From positions 32,001 to 96,000 of the IMG/VR virus record IMGVR_UViG_3300032070_000613: a DNA stretch of 64,000 bases; one strand, given 5' to 3'. Below the pieces are notes generated by a model. That model had not been told where the DNA came from and did not search any database. It was given only the letters and a program-made list of their open reading frames with translations. Origin of the DNA: a virus. This document shows, in pieces, positions 38,806-49,100 of this stretch (its first letter is position 1; the number at the start of each line of letters is the position of its first letter). The position numbers were made by a program, and so were the translations under genes.

Positions 38806-40534
38806 GTTTGATCTGATACCAGAGATAGTAAAGCCTAAACTGGATGGTTTAGATATCACTACTATCACTTTTTCTGATATGCTCCCCAACTCTACTCTGG
38901 CTAAAAAATCCGGGGTCCTGGCTACTAACAAAACGTCTCAGCCCAGCGGTCAGCAGCAAAAACAAAAAGGATATAAATGGGACAGCTGGTCCATGGACCT
39001 GAGCCTGTCTAATATGGCGGCTGCTGCAGAAGCTATAGAGATTTTCCTGCAGAAAGTAGATCAGCTGTCTAAAGTAATCACTCAGACTCTCAAAGTAATG
39101 CGGCTGCTCAGTGGTAATGTGAAATCCATAGCGATGTTTTTGAATTTCCTCATTAAAAAGGTAGCAGAGGCGCTGAAAACTTTTCTGAATTCTTTTTCAT
39201 CTACTGGCGTCTACATGAGTGTGGTGTGGCCGAGTATCGATCCTAAAGCCACTCCCAAATACACTATCCCGGTATATGGGGGATATCGAGAATTCATCAG
39301 CCGTGTGAATTTTGTTCTGACGAGCAGTAAGGATCCAGACGCCCCTAAATTTGATGATCCGAAAGATAAAGTGGGCGGTGTGATCCTAGCCATGATAGGT
39401 GGTGTCAGTGATCCCGAATTTCTTACGGACGCACTAGATAATTTCAGGAAATTGAGCCAATTTTTTGGATTTGCGTCTCCGCAGCCCTCCCCACCAAAAA
39501 ATTTAAAAGCTGTATCAGGATTTTACAAGAAGCCTACAGTATCTGAAAAGGTCATGGGAGTACAGCTGACCTGGAGTGCGCCGGATACCCCTGTGACTAA
39601 ATTCAGGATATATAAATCTACTACTACCAGGTCCAGAGCTAAAAATGCAAAAGAGGATGGTGAGGACATAGTAGTGAGAGTTTTTGGGGAAAAATTATGG
39701 GATGATCCCGCCGCGGAGTATGTGGAGATACCTCACATCTTCGGTAAATTTTATTTCAGATATACTGATTTCAAAGTAGAGAGTGGTAAGAAATATTATT
39801 ACAAAGTGTATAGTATGATGGGGGATAAATATTTTGAGACCAATCCCTCTAAAGAGGATATAAACAGTCCTGTAGCCAGCCCTATAGTATCATCCCAGCC
39901 CCGTAACTGTATATCTACGGATGAGTTGAAAAATTATACGACTCTGGGTATCAACGGGGAATTGCTGACACCATTCGATATGGAGGGAGACTGGCAGTCT
40001 GTCACTGTGCGTAGGCTGCTCGGTAAATCTCTGGATAGTATGTTCACGCAGATAGACGCTCTGGCGGACAAACTGACGGGACTGGTAAATACGGGCAGTA
40101 AGGCCATGACTGACTATCTCAAATATTATAGCGATAGAGTGGCATCTCTACTGGATTTAATATCGGAGTTTAGGACTATCGTGGAGAGGCTCTCCGCATA
40201 TAGTCTGCGTGGGACGTTCATGCTCCTCAGATTGAATATAGAAGAGGGAGGCATGAGACATTTCGTAGATAGATTCAATCAGGCCTGCCAGATAGATAAT
40301 ACTAAAGTGGATGATAAAAAAGGTCCCGCAGTGATTTCTAATAATTCAGGGATAGCCAAATATACTGAGAGAGGGATAATGCTCGGCGTGGTCCTTTTAA
40401 CAGGGATCCCCGTAGTCACTACAGCGAGACTCCTGGAGGAGGTATCCCCCAGTGAGGTAGATTCTCTGAAGAAAAATATTGAGAATACTGAGAAAGCGAT
40501 CACTACACTCATGAAGATGCTGGGACTGGGGTAA
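38789..40534 (+). CDS. Baseplate-associated helical protein with Fn3 insert
   Basis: PSPPKNLKA...VQLTWSAP...FRIYKS...YTDFKVESGKKYYYKV; flanking helical halves resemble each other. Confidence 0.55.
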   Translation: MSVRVKFDLIPEIVKPKLDGLDITTITFSDMLPNSTLAKKSGVLATNKTSQPSGQQQKQKGYKWDSWSMDLSLSNMAAAAEAIEIFLQKVDQLSKVITQTLKVMRLLSGNVKSIAMFLNFLIKKVAEALKTFLNSFSSTGVYMSVVWPSIDPKATPKYTIPVYGGYREFISRVNFVLTSSKDPDAPKFDDPKDKVGGVILAMIGGVSDPEFLTDALDNFRKLSQFFGFASPQPSPPKNLKAVSGFYKKPTVSEKVMGVQLTWSAPDTPVTKFRIYKSTTTRSRAKNAKEDGEDIVVRVFGEKLWDDPAAEYVEIPHIFGKFYFRYTDFKVESGKKYYYKVYSMMGDKYFETNPSKEDINSPVASPIVSSQPRNCISTDELKNYTTLGINGELLTPFDMEGDWQSVTVRRLLGKSLDSMFTQIDALADKLTGLVNTGSKAMTDYLKYYSDRVASLLDLISEFRTIVERLSAYSLRGTFMLLRLNIEEGGMRHFVDRFNQACQIDNTKVDDKKGPAVISNNSGIAKYTERGIMLGVVLLTGIPVVTTARLLEEVSPSEVDSLKKNIENTEKAITTLMKMLGLG

Positions 40535-40540
40535 AATTTT

Positions 40541-41983
40541 ATGATTGCAAATATAAAGAAAGATTCGGTACATGGTTTTCAATCCATAGGTGAACTGCAG
40601 CACCTGGTGGATCTGGCCTCTAATAATAAAGAGGAATTTGACTATACTCTCGATTATTTAAAAGCTAAAATGGCGAATCAGGCTGCTGCGATAAAATCAA
40701 AAAGAGAAAGTCTGATCACTTTTCTGAAGCAATACGATCTGGATCCAGGTATGTTCCCGATAATAGCTGACGTATATAGCGATGATATCTATCCGGATAC
40801 CACGGCTGAGCAGAATATAGGTACCGTAGAAGTAGAACAAGCCATGGGGGCTAAAAAATTTCCTAATAAATTTTTTGATATCCTGTATCAAAAATTGGCA
40901 GTCACAATACAGAACGGGATCAATAATCGTATAGATGAATTGAGAAAGATGAAACTCTATGCATCACAGCTGGAATATCAGTATGCTAAAATCACTAATC
41001 TGAAAAAGGACTATGCGGATATCCAGGAGGCTCATGGGGATGCCTATAGGGCAGTACGAAAAGATCTGGAGGATTTTTATTCTCTGTGGGATAACCTGGG
41101 ACATTTTAAATATATACTCACTATCGCGCCCGGATCATTCACGTCTAATGATAGAGCAAAAAGCCACGATAGTGCTGTGGCATACTACAGCACCTATTAT
41201 ATAGGGCAAAAGAAAACCATAAAAACTCAGTCAGATAAACTACAGGAAAATTTTGATGATGTCTCTAGATATGATGGAGTCGGTAGCACGGTACATCCCG
41301 AGAACATAGTGCCCGATTTATTGGCTATATCGAAATATTTCAGCGACCAGGGGGATGCCGTGTCCTCTGATAGTGTGCCGCAGCACTACGTGGATGCTCT
41401 GCAGGTAAAAAGCGCTGTAGTCGCTAAAGTGGATATTTTTTTGAAAACTATAACTACCTATACGACAGGAATCAAGAAGGCTCTGGATGCGTTATGCAGC
41501 ACGACGGGGCTGGGTAATAAAGAGTTGGAGAGTATTTATTCTAATGTCATTGAGATGGCCAGGTCGCCCGTGAATGCCCGTATATTGGATCCCTCTACTA
41601 CGAATGAGCTGGCTGCTAAAAATAAGACGGGACTGGATAAATTGGAGCAGGAAGTAAATAATTTTCAGTTTAATCTGCAGCGAGGTATAGAAAAACTGGA
41701 CGCTAATTTCCTCAAATTTCAAAAAAATGCCCTGATCACGATGGCTAGTATGATAGGTTTTCCAGTCACCTATATAAAAGATAGGGGTCAATCTCTGGAG
41801 GATACCGTACGGGAGAAGGTGAGGAGTCAGTATGGAAAGATACCTTTCTGCGACGAAGTGCTATATAGTGATGGTACGTTTGTTAAAAAGTCGGAGATAG
41901 ATCCAAAAACCGGCAAGAAGAAAACTGATGCTGATGCCAAAAGTTTATTGGAAAAGGCGCTGTTACAAGAGCCGCCTAAATAA
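40541..41983 (+). CDS. Helical / coiled-coil hypothetical protein
   Basis: 480-aa ORF within the operon. Confidence 0.6.
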   Translation: MIANIKKDSVHGFQSIGELQHLVDLASNNKEEFDYTLDYLKAKMANQAAAIKSKRESLITFLKQYDLDPGMFPIIADVYSDDIYPDTTAEQNIGTVEVEQAMGAKKFPNKFFDILYQKLAVTIQNGINNRIDELRKMKLYASQLEYQYAKITNLKKDYADIQEAHGDAYRAVRKDLEDFYSLWDNLGHFKYILTIAPGSFTSNDRAKSHDSAVAYYSTYYIGQKKTIKTQSDKLQENFDDVSRYDGVGSTVHPENIVPDLLAISKYFSDQGDAVSSDSVPQHYVDALQVKSAVVAKVDIFLKTITTYTTGIKKALDALCSTTGLGNKELESIYSNVIEMARSPVNARILDPSTTNELAAKNKTGLDKLEQEVNNFQFNLQRGIEKLDANFLKFQKNALITMASMIGFPVTYIKDRGQSLEDTVREKVRSQYGKIPFCDEVLYSDGTFVKKSEIDPKTGKKKTDADAKSLLEKALLQEPPK

Positions 41984-41988
41984 AATTC

Positions 41989-42008
41989 AATACTCTCTTA
42001 ATATAGAT
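41989..42008 (+). promoter_or_regulatory. Recurrent promoter motif; downstream gene probably near-leaderless
   Basis: AATACTCTCTTAATATAGAT; ATG at 42017 with no SD. Confidence 0.7.
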
Positions 42009-42016
42009 GGCTTTAT

Positions 42017-42763
42017 ATGTCATACGATCCTAAATTACAGAATAAATGTGATCATAAAATAAACTGGGAGAGCTATCCGCTCGAGTCTGATCGGATCACA
42101 GTCAATTTAAAGTATCCGGTGTCCTCAGTCTATGGCCTGTCTCTGAGGATAAATAATGCTGTCATAGCGCCAAACAGATATACAGTAATATCATATAAAC
42201 AGGCACAGTCTCTAAATCCAGCGTCTAGTGTCAGAATGAGCTATAAAGTACCGGATTGGGAACCTCTGATAGAAGTAAACTATACTACCTACGCGAACAA
42301 CTGCCCTAAGTGTCTCGCAGTCAAATATGTCGATGACGTCATCTATACTCCCTCCGGGGATTTTCAAATGGCCCAGAAAGAATATCTTTTAATGCAGACG
42401 GTCGAGAAAGCTATCATCACTAAAATAGCCTCTAATCCTTTCCACGACTGGTATGGGACTGGGCTGCAGTCGCTGATAGGTACGAAGATAACAGACCTGA
42501 GTTTTATGAAAAATAAAATCATAGAGCAGGTGTCCGCCTCGATAGAAAAAATTAAAAATGTACAGAAACAACTCGTGGCCTCGAATAGGAAAGTGGATCC
42601 AGGGGAGCTTTTCGGGCAGCTTTTGAATGTCGATGTACAGCAGATGGATGATCCGACTATCATAATGGTGACCGTGGTGTTTACGTCACAAAGCAATAAA
42701 CAGATGGAATTCTCTCAACTGATAGACCTATCCTCTGTGAGAGAAAGGGTCGCATTCGCATGA
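42017..42763 (+). CDS. Baseplate wedge / sheath initiator (gp25-like)
   Basis: NPFHDWYGTGLQSLIG, DDPTIIMVTVVF; CDH...CPKC motif; precedes baseplate J. Confidence 0.7.
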   Translation: MSYDPKLQNKCDHKINWESYPLESDRITVNLKYPVSSVYGLSLRINNAVIAPNRYTVISYKQAQSLNPASSVRMSYKVPDWEPLIEVNYTTYANNCPKCLAVKYVDDVIYTPSGDFQMAQKEYLLMQTVEKAIITKIASNPFHDWYGTGLQSLIGTKITDLSFMKNKIIEQVSASIEKIKNVQKQLVASNRKVDPGELFGQLLNVDVQQMDDPTIIMVTVVFTSQSNKQMEFSQLIDLSSVRERVAFA

Positions 42764-45700
42764 TACCAGCACCAGTAATCCTATATCCTAAAACTGACTG
42801 GACCACTACAGCAGATACCTACTCATCGGATAACCTGATCCAGATGATATCAGGAGATATCCCTGTAGTACCGGCAGACATAGTAATCAATACTTTTTTC
42901 AGTATACGATATCGCTATAGGATCGAGAATACCTCGGGCCCAGGCACCTGGACGGCTTTCTCGTATGTGGGTATCACTGTCGGTAGTACAAACGCTAATA
43001 TGACTGCCATCCCCTGGTCATTCAATAGTGATGGAGTCTTTCAGTATGTGGCGGGGGACACCCTGCATTTCGAGTACAAGACAGTGAAATTGAGCAGCTA
43101 CTACGGAGAAGTAGGCCCTATCCTGGATGAGAGCTCAGTATCTAATCTCATCGTGAATATCGTGACACCCTCGGAGATTACAGCCTCCGCGGACCCCGTC
43201 ACTGGAGTAAAAATAAAACGATATACGGACCATATCAAAGTGATCGCCCCTCAATCAGGGATATTCCTGAATCCGGACTGCGATTTCGCGGGATGCAATT
43301 TTTACCTGAGCCTCACCGCGGGCGGCGGGACTACTGGCTACGTCCTGATGAATAACGTGCTGGTCACTAGTGTGGACGACTCGGAAACAGAAGACGTAGT
43401 CATACAGGATACATCGACTACGGACACTGTAAATAATTTGACGGTACAGACTCTGAAGACTCGTCAGGTGACAAACCTGTACTATACGTATACTCTCGAT
43501 AAGGCGGTCATAGCCCATCTGGTCGTCGATGGAAAAATACCGAATATTTTTCTATCAGACGGTCAGACCCTGAGCGAGGATGTCGTCTACTATTTCATAG
43601 TGACAGCTATGATATTTGATAAAACTCTGAATGAGACGGTAGAGAGTCCTTATTCTATAGAGCTCGAGGGCACGTTTTTAAGATACACCACGACCTATCA
43701 GACTCTGCCTAAAAGATCACGCAGTGATATACTGTTTTCCATATCTCAGGACATGATGACTAACAATGAGCTGATCAGTGTCATACCGGGATCTGTCATC
43801 AGAGATATGCTCGACCCGGTCTCTTTGGAGTTTGAGAAATTTTATGTGATTGAAGATTTCATTTTTACCACCCTATCCATAGATACTCTGTTAAATTTTG
43901 ACGACCAGGATGGAGATGGGGAGAGTGATCCTGTGGAGCTCAACCCCCGTAAGAGCGCCCTGATGAATGCTCTGGGTATCACAGACCCGGTCAATCTGCA
44001 GCTGCTGATAGATGAGCAGTTCGATAAACTGGCGGCTAATTTTAATATCAAAAGGAAACTCGCTACGAAAGCCGTGGGTACGGTATTGTTCTATACGAAC
44101 ATACAGCCCACTCAGAATATCCTGATCTCAGACGGCCTCATCGTATCCTCCCAGGCTAACCTGGACCTGAATATAGCCTCTATCTCTTTCTCTGTGCAGG
44201 GTAGTCAGATAATCGATATAACGAATCTGGTACATTACTATAACCCCACTACGAAGCAATATGAATTAGAAGCCAATATACAGGCGCAGCTAGTGGGGAG
44301 TAGGGGTAATGTCCCTGCAGGATCAATCATAGTATCGAATAGTCTCCCGCCTACTATAGCGGTGACAAATAGCGCTCCTACGCGTTTTGGTACGGACAGG
44401 GAGACGAACCAGGACCTGGCGAATAGAATAAAATTAGCCAAAATATCTTTCGACTCTGGCACAGAGGGTGGATATAGTGATACCGCCTACAATGTGCCGG
44501 GGGTCCTACAAGCCCGTATCCAGAAAGCTGGAGACCCTCTGATGATGAGGGACTACGATCCTGAGACAAAAAAGCATATAGGCGGTAAAGTAGACGTTTA
44601 TGTAAAGGGTATAAACAATGTCCAGCTGATGGACCAGGTAGCTTTCAAATATGATTATCCTACGGATACCTTCGGGAATAAAGTGGGGGAGCAGGCATCT
44701 ATAATAAATGCCAATGAATATACAGTGAGGACCACGAACTCAAAAGTGACCGACCTCAGCCCTATAGTCTCTGTGAGTAAAGTCCGAAACCTCACAAAAG
44801 CTAAAGACTACAGTCTGGTAGGACTACAGATCATAGGAGATGGAGATACGATAGTACTCGAAAAGAACTACCAGAACCTGTCCATAGGTATGGCTACTCT
44901 GGACGTGATAGAAATAAATTATCTGTATAGGAGCTCGAATAGCATCGTCCTGACCAGTCAGCCTGTAGAAGAGATAGTGTCTGTGGTGTCCTCTACTGGA
45001 GTCGTGATAGATACATCTAAATATACTCTGGTAAAGATTGAGGACCCCCTGCAGAACGGTAGATCGAGTATAGCCAGTGACTCTATTAAATTTTTCTTTA
45101 ATGAAAATGATGACATACCGGAGTTTATCCAGATCACTAATGAATCCCATACTATGCTTTTGGATACGCCCACCAGGCTGTCTCTAAAAGGTGTAGATAT
45201 TTCCACTATAGTGGTCGGGCCTGGGAGTGGTACGGGTCCCGCCTATTTGCTGGACGTCGATTACTCTGTGACAGTGGGCAGTGAGTCTGCCTATACGTAT
45301 CTCAATTTACTCCAGCATGGTAAAATCCGTCATGGGGACACCGTCCTGGTGTCATATAAAGCCAGTGAAAATTACAGTGTCACCTATATCCACAATGGTT
45401 TGATACCGGAGGTGCAGGACGCGATAGATGTCATGAAGCATGCCTGCGCGGATACTGTCGTGAAAGAATCTGTGAGGAATCTCATAGATCTCAGTTTTAG
45501 AGTAGTCCGTGAGACGGGTACTGGTAAAGGTGGTGAGACGAATTACAGTCTGCTCAAATCTCGTATACAGACGGCGGTAGCCAACTATCTGGCCAATTTA
45601 AAAATGGGAGATACGTTCACTCAGGGTGAACTCATCAGCGTCATACATGGAGTGGATGGAGTGAAAGAAATAAAGATACCCATGACGCGCATGATGAAGC

Positions 45701-46146
45701 GTAATGGATCTTTTATATCTCTGGATGATCTGGGTCATTTGACTTTCGAGGTATATCAGAAAACCAGCGGTAGTGGAGTCACATCGTATCGTACGATGGA
45801 AAATGTGCTCAGCTATAAGACATCGAATGGCGGGGGAGACCCCAATTTGTTTCGAGGGATATACGAGGACAATATCCTCCTCACCACAGTCACCTCAGCG
45901 TCGGACGTCGCCAAAGGACAGGGCAGAGGCTATATACAGGCTGATGGGAGGATCGTGGTGAGTACGACGGACGGGTACGCTCCTCAGTCTAAATATTACA
46001 AAGCGTCCTATTACACATACTATGCCGCGGATGAGAATATTGTACAGGATCTCGTGACCAATGAGGTGGAGTATCTGGATGTGGATAGTGTCAGTATGAG
46101 GGATATAGAGATTTTGGATGAGAGAGTAACAAAACGAGGACTATAA
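42760..46146 (+). CDS. Baseplate J / gp6-like wedge protein
   Basis: PGSVIRD, DKLAANFNIKR..ATKA.G, GNVPAGSI, GTDRETNQDLANRI, GTEGGY, GKVDVYV, V.GVKEI. Confidence 0.85.
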   Translation: MIPAPVILYPKTDWTTTADTYSSDNLIQMISGDIPVVPADIVINTFFSIRYRYRIENTSGPGTWTAFSYVGITVGSTNANMTAIPWSFNSDGVFQYVAGDTLHFEYKTVKLSSYYGEVGPILDESSVSNLIVNIVTPSEITASADPVTGVKIKRYTDHIKVIAPQSGIFLNPDCDFAGCNFYLSLTAGGGTTGYVLMNNVLVTSVDDSETEDVVIQDTSTTDTVNNLTVQTLKTRQVTNLYYTYTLDKAVIAHLVVDGKIPNIFLSDGQTLSEDVVYYFIVTAMIFDKTLNETVESPYSIELEGTFLRYTTTYQTLPKRSRSDILFSISQDMMTNNELISVIPGSVIRDMLDPVSLEFEKFYVIEDFIFTTLSIDTLLNFDDQDGDGESDPVELNPRKSALMNALGITDPVNLQLLIDEQFDKLAANFNIKRKLATKAVGTVLFYTNIQPTQNILISDGLIVSSQANLDLNIASISFSVQGSQIIDITNLVHYYNPTTKQYELEANIQAQLVGSRGNVPAGSIIVSNSLPPTIAVTNSAPTRFGTDRETNQDLANRIKLAKISFDSGTEGGYSDTAYNVPGVLQARIQKAGDPLMMRDYDPETKKHIGGKVDVYVKGINNVQLMDQVAFKYDYPTDTFGNKVGEQASIINANEYTVRTTNSKVTDLSPIVSVSKVRNLTKAKDYSLVGLQIIGDGDTIVLEKNYQNLSIGMATLDVIEINYLYRSSNSIVLTSQPVEEIVSVVSSTGVVIDTSKYTLVKIEDPLQNGRSSIASDSIKFFFNENDDIPEFIQITNESHTMLLDTPTRLSLKGVDISTIVVGPGSGTGPAYLLDVDYSVTVGSESAYTYLNLLQHGKIRHGDTVLVSYKASENYSVTYIHNGLIPEVQDAIDVMKHACADTVVKESVRNLIDLSFRVVRETGTGKGGETNYSLLKSRIQTAVANYLANLKMGDTFTQGELISVIHGVDGVKEIKIPMTRMMKRNGSFISLDDLGHLTFEVYQKTSGSGVTSYRTMENVLSYKTSNGGGDPNLFRGIYEDNILLTTVTSASDVAKGQGRGYIQADGRIVVSTTDGYAPQSKYYKASYYTYYAADENIVQDLVTNEVEYLDVDSVSMRDIEILDERVTKRGL

Positions 46147-46147
46147 A

Positions 46148-49100
46148 ATGGCTATCAATCAAGGTGAAAATGTATCGACGTCCTATGAGGGTAGTGGGTA
46201 TGCTTTCGATAAAGTTTATTTTCAGCCTGGGAAGCCTATTCTCAGCTCTGAATTGAATTTATCACAGGAGCAGCTCGAGACACTGACTCAGAAATCCACG
46301 GCGCATATGCCGTCCGGATGGCTCAGCTATCGTCCTATCTATACCGCCAAAGATCTCGGGAACAGTTTCTATACGCAGGACCCTGACGCTCCCAAGCCCG
46401 AGGTGGCTCTGGTGAATGGATGGCCTGTGTATGTCACGAATACCAATACTCCTTTAAAGCATATAAATAAAATATCGTTTGATGATAATGATCTCCGCTC
46501 CGGGTCTCGTGTGGATGGAGTGTTTCTGGAGGTATGGAGATCTCTCATATCTCCTCAGGATTCATCTGAGACAGTCGATGGTACAGTAAAACCCCAGCCG
46601 ATAGTGAGAGTGAGTACTCTCAATAGTGTGTGGATCTACAATGAAAACATCGGGTGGTCGGTAGGAGAGAACGGTACTATTCTGAAAACCATCGATGGAG
46701 GCAACAACTGGAAAACCATAAACACTCCCATCAATGTCAATTTCAAAAAAGTAAAATTTCTGGATTTGGATATAGGCTATGCCGTATCTGATAAAGGGCA
46801 TATCATCAAGAGTGTGGATAGTGGTGAGTCCTGGTTTTCATTAGATACTCCTATCACGGATGATCTGAATGATTTGTATATCATAGATGCTCAACATGTC
46901 TGCGTGGTCGGCAATAATGGTACCATACTGCTGTCGATTGATGGTACGCATTTCAATTTGGTATCTCAGACCGCGGGTAACATTGATAATCTGTATGGAG
47001 TGACTTTTTTTGATACCTCGGTGGGATGGACGGTGGGAGACAACGGTGCCCTACTGATGACGAAAGATGGGGGAAACTCCTGGCAGAAATATATCGTCAA
47101 CGATTCATCTACCAGCACGGTAATCACCGAGAAACTGCTGTCTGTAGCTTTTTACAATCTGAATGACGGTATCATAGTGGGAGCCGATGGTCTGCTGCTG
47201 CGGTCTACCGACAGTGGATTCACGTGGGCTAATATGTCATCGAGGATATGGCATGATGGGTCATATCAGACTATACAGGAGATATTCCCGGGTAGCACTA
47301 TAGATTTCAACAGAGTGTTTATCAGGGAAGAGTTTCCGATACGTTTTACTATCGCGGTATATCCTGACTCTAAGAATTTTTTCAAAAATCTGCTGTATAA
47401 GATATCTCCCACGAACTATCCGAACTCTCTGGTTTTGGAGTTCACGGGGACGCAGGATAATATCAACTACGTAAAAGTCCTCGATCTGGATAGCTACGCT
47501 ACCTCAGAAGCCCTACGGGATGCTATCAACAATCTGACGAGCGCCTATAGAGCGGACGACGCCTCGCTGCCTGATGTGCAGCGTCAGAAGGTGCGCGTAT
47601 TCGAGGCCTCTATAGAATATGAATCTTTCTCCAAACCGTCTGATTTCCGGCCTACGTCGGGGAGTTTCTCCAGTATCAATCCTGCGCAGATATCTTTTTC
47701 CGTAGAGGATAAAGCATGGATAGCTGGCAGCAATGGAGTAGCTCTCGTCAGCAGCAACAGTGGATCTAAATGGGAGGTCCTCGACCTCAGCACGGGATAT
47801 GATTTACAGGATGCGTATTTTGTATCGGATACCAAAGGATGGTTTTCGGGGGCCCAGGGCACTATCATAGGCTATGACGGTGGACTAGTCTCCCCCATAG
47901 AGACGCAGAGTACTGATCTGATCACCAGAGTGCAGGGTAGAATTTTCCCAGAGGGTAACGTACTCTCCATGGCTGAAGATTATTTGAAAGATAATATCAT
48001 AGATCCTCAGGTGGGTGTAGAGACTACCAAGAGAGTGCAGATACAGTATAGGATCAGGATAGTCAGCGGTATAGATCCTTTTAATCATCCTGAGGCTGGG
48101 CTGGGGCATGACTACGTGTATAGTATGGGTCCTAGCACCAGTGTGACCTCCGCAGGTAACTATACCTTTACGAATATGGGTCAGGAGAATGGGGACTATG
48201 GTCTCTGGCGTGCCCGGTGTCGGAGTACGTATGATGGGTATAGCTGGGCCATACCGATGTTTTTTGTTTCTCGCAGGAACTCAGGTGCTTTCAATGTCGA
48301 TAACAATATCAACGGGTCCACCTATTTTGATCTGAGTGCTATACGTCCTGATGGATTGACGTACGAGCAGATCACTGATGATGATGTGACTGACATACGC
48401 AGGCAGGTGGTCATACAATCTTATAGTCATTTTCTGCAGAAAAATCTGGAGAAGCTGCTATCGAATAATCTCAAAACTAGTCTGAGTGATAAAGATCAAC
48501 GGGGTCTGCAGTATGGTACCTCTATTTTGATGGCTGATCAATATACCGGTACTACAGATATTGAAAATCTCGTCCGAGGAGGAGTGTCTTCAGCCGCGGT
48601 CATCGTGGAGGATCAGAAACTGCTGGACCCGAATATACAGATCACGGAGGCGGAGCTGACATTCGGACCGCGGGATAACGGTCTGTATCATAATGACCCG
48701 GCATATTATAGTGCCTATGTAGTGAGGGACGGTACGCCTACAGCGGAGCCTGTGCAAGGTACGTGGGAAGGGCTGGGCACGAATACGGTCATTTTTCATA
48801 TAGCTGATAATTTCACTCCAGCGGGTGGGACTCTGGATGGGATACAGTATCAGGTGACTGCTCATTACATTGATTACTCTCGTGTAGGTCTCACGAGAGT
48901 GCCGCAGACTCCCATATCCGTGAAGTATCAAGCGGATCCTGTAAACTCTGCTCAGACCTATTATTTCAATGGTGTGGATGCTCGTGGTGATAGGCGGATA
49001 CTCGAGTATCTGACTGAGAATGTGTCTGGGTATATGGATTATACGTATATCTATTCCGCCAAAACGGTACTCGATAATGTACAGGATCAGAATCTTTATG

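Noticed and set aside
10252-46146. Bacterial eCIS/T6SS locus rather than a phage
   Set aside because: Disfavoured, not excluded: neck-like gene, long tape measure, private promoter motif, and no Afp15-like AAA ATPase or Tss membrane complex; head genes are not in this window
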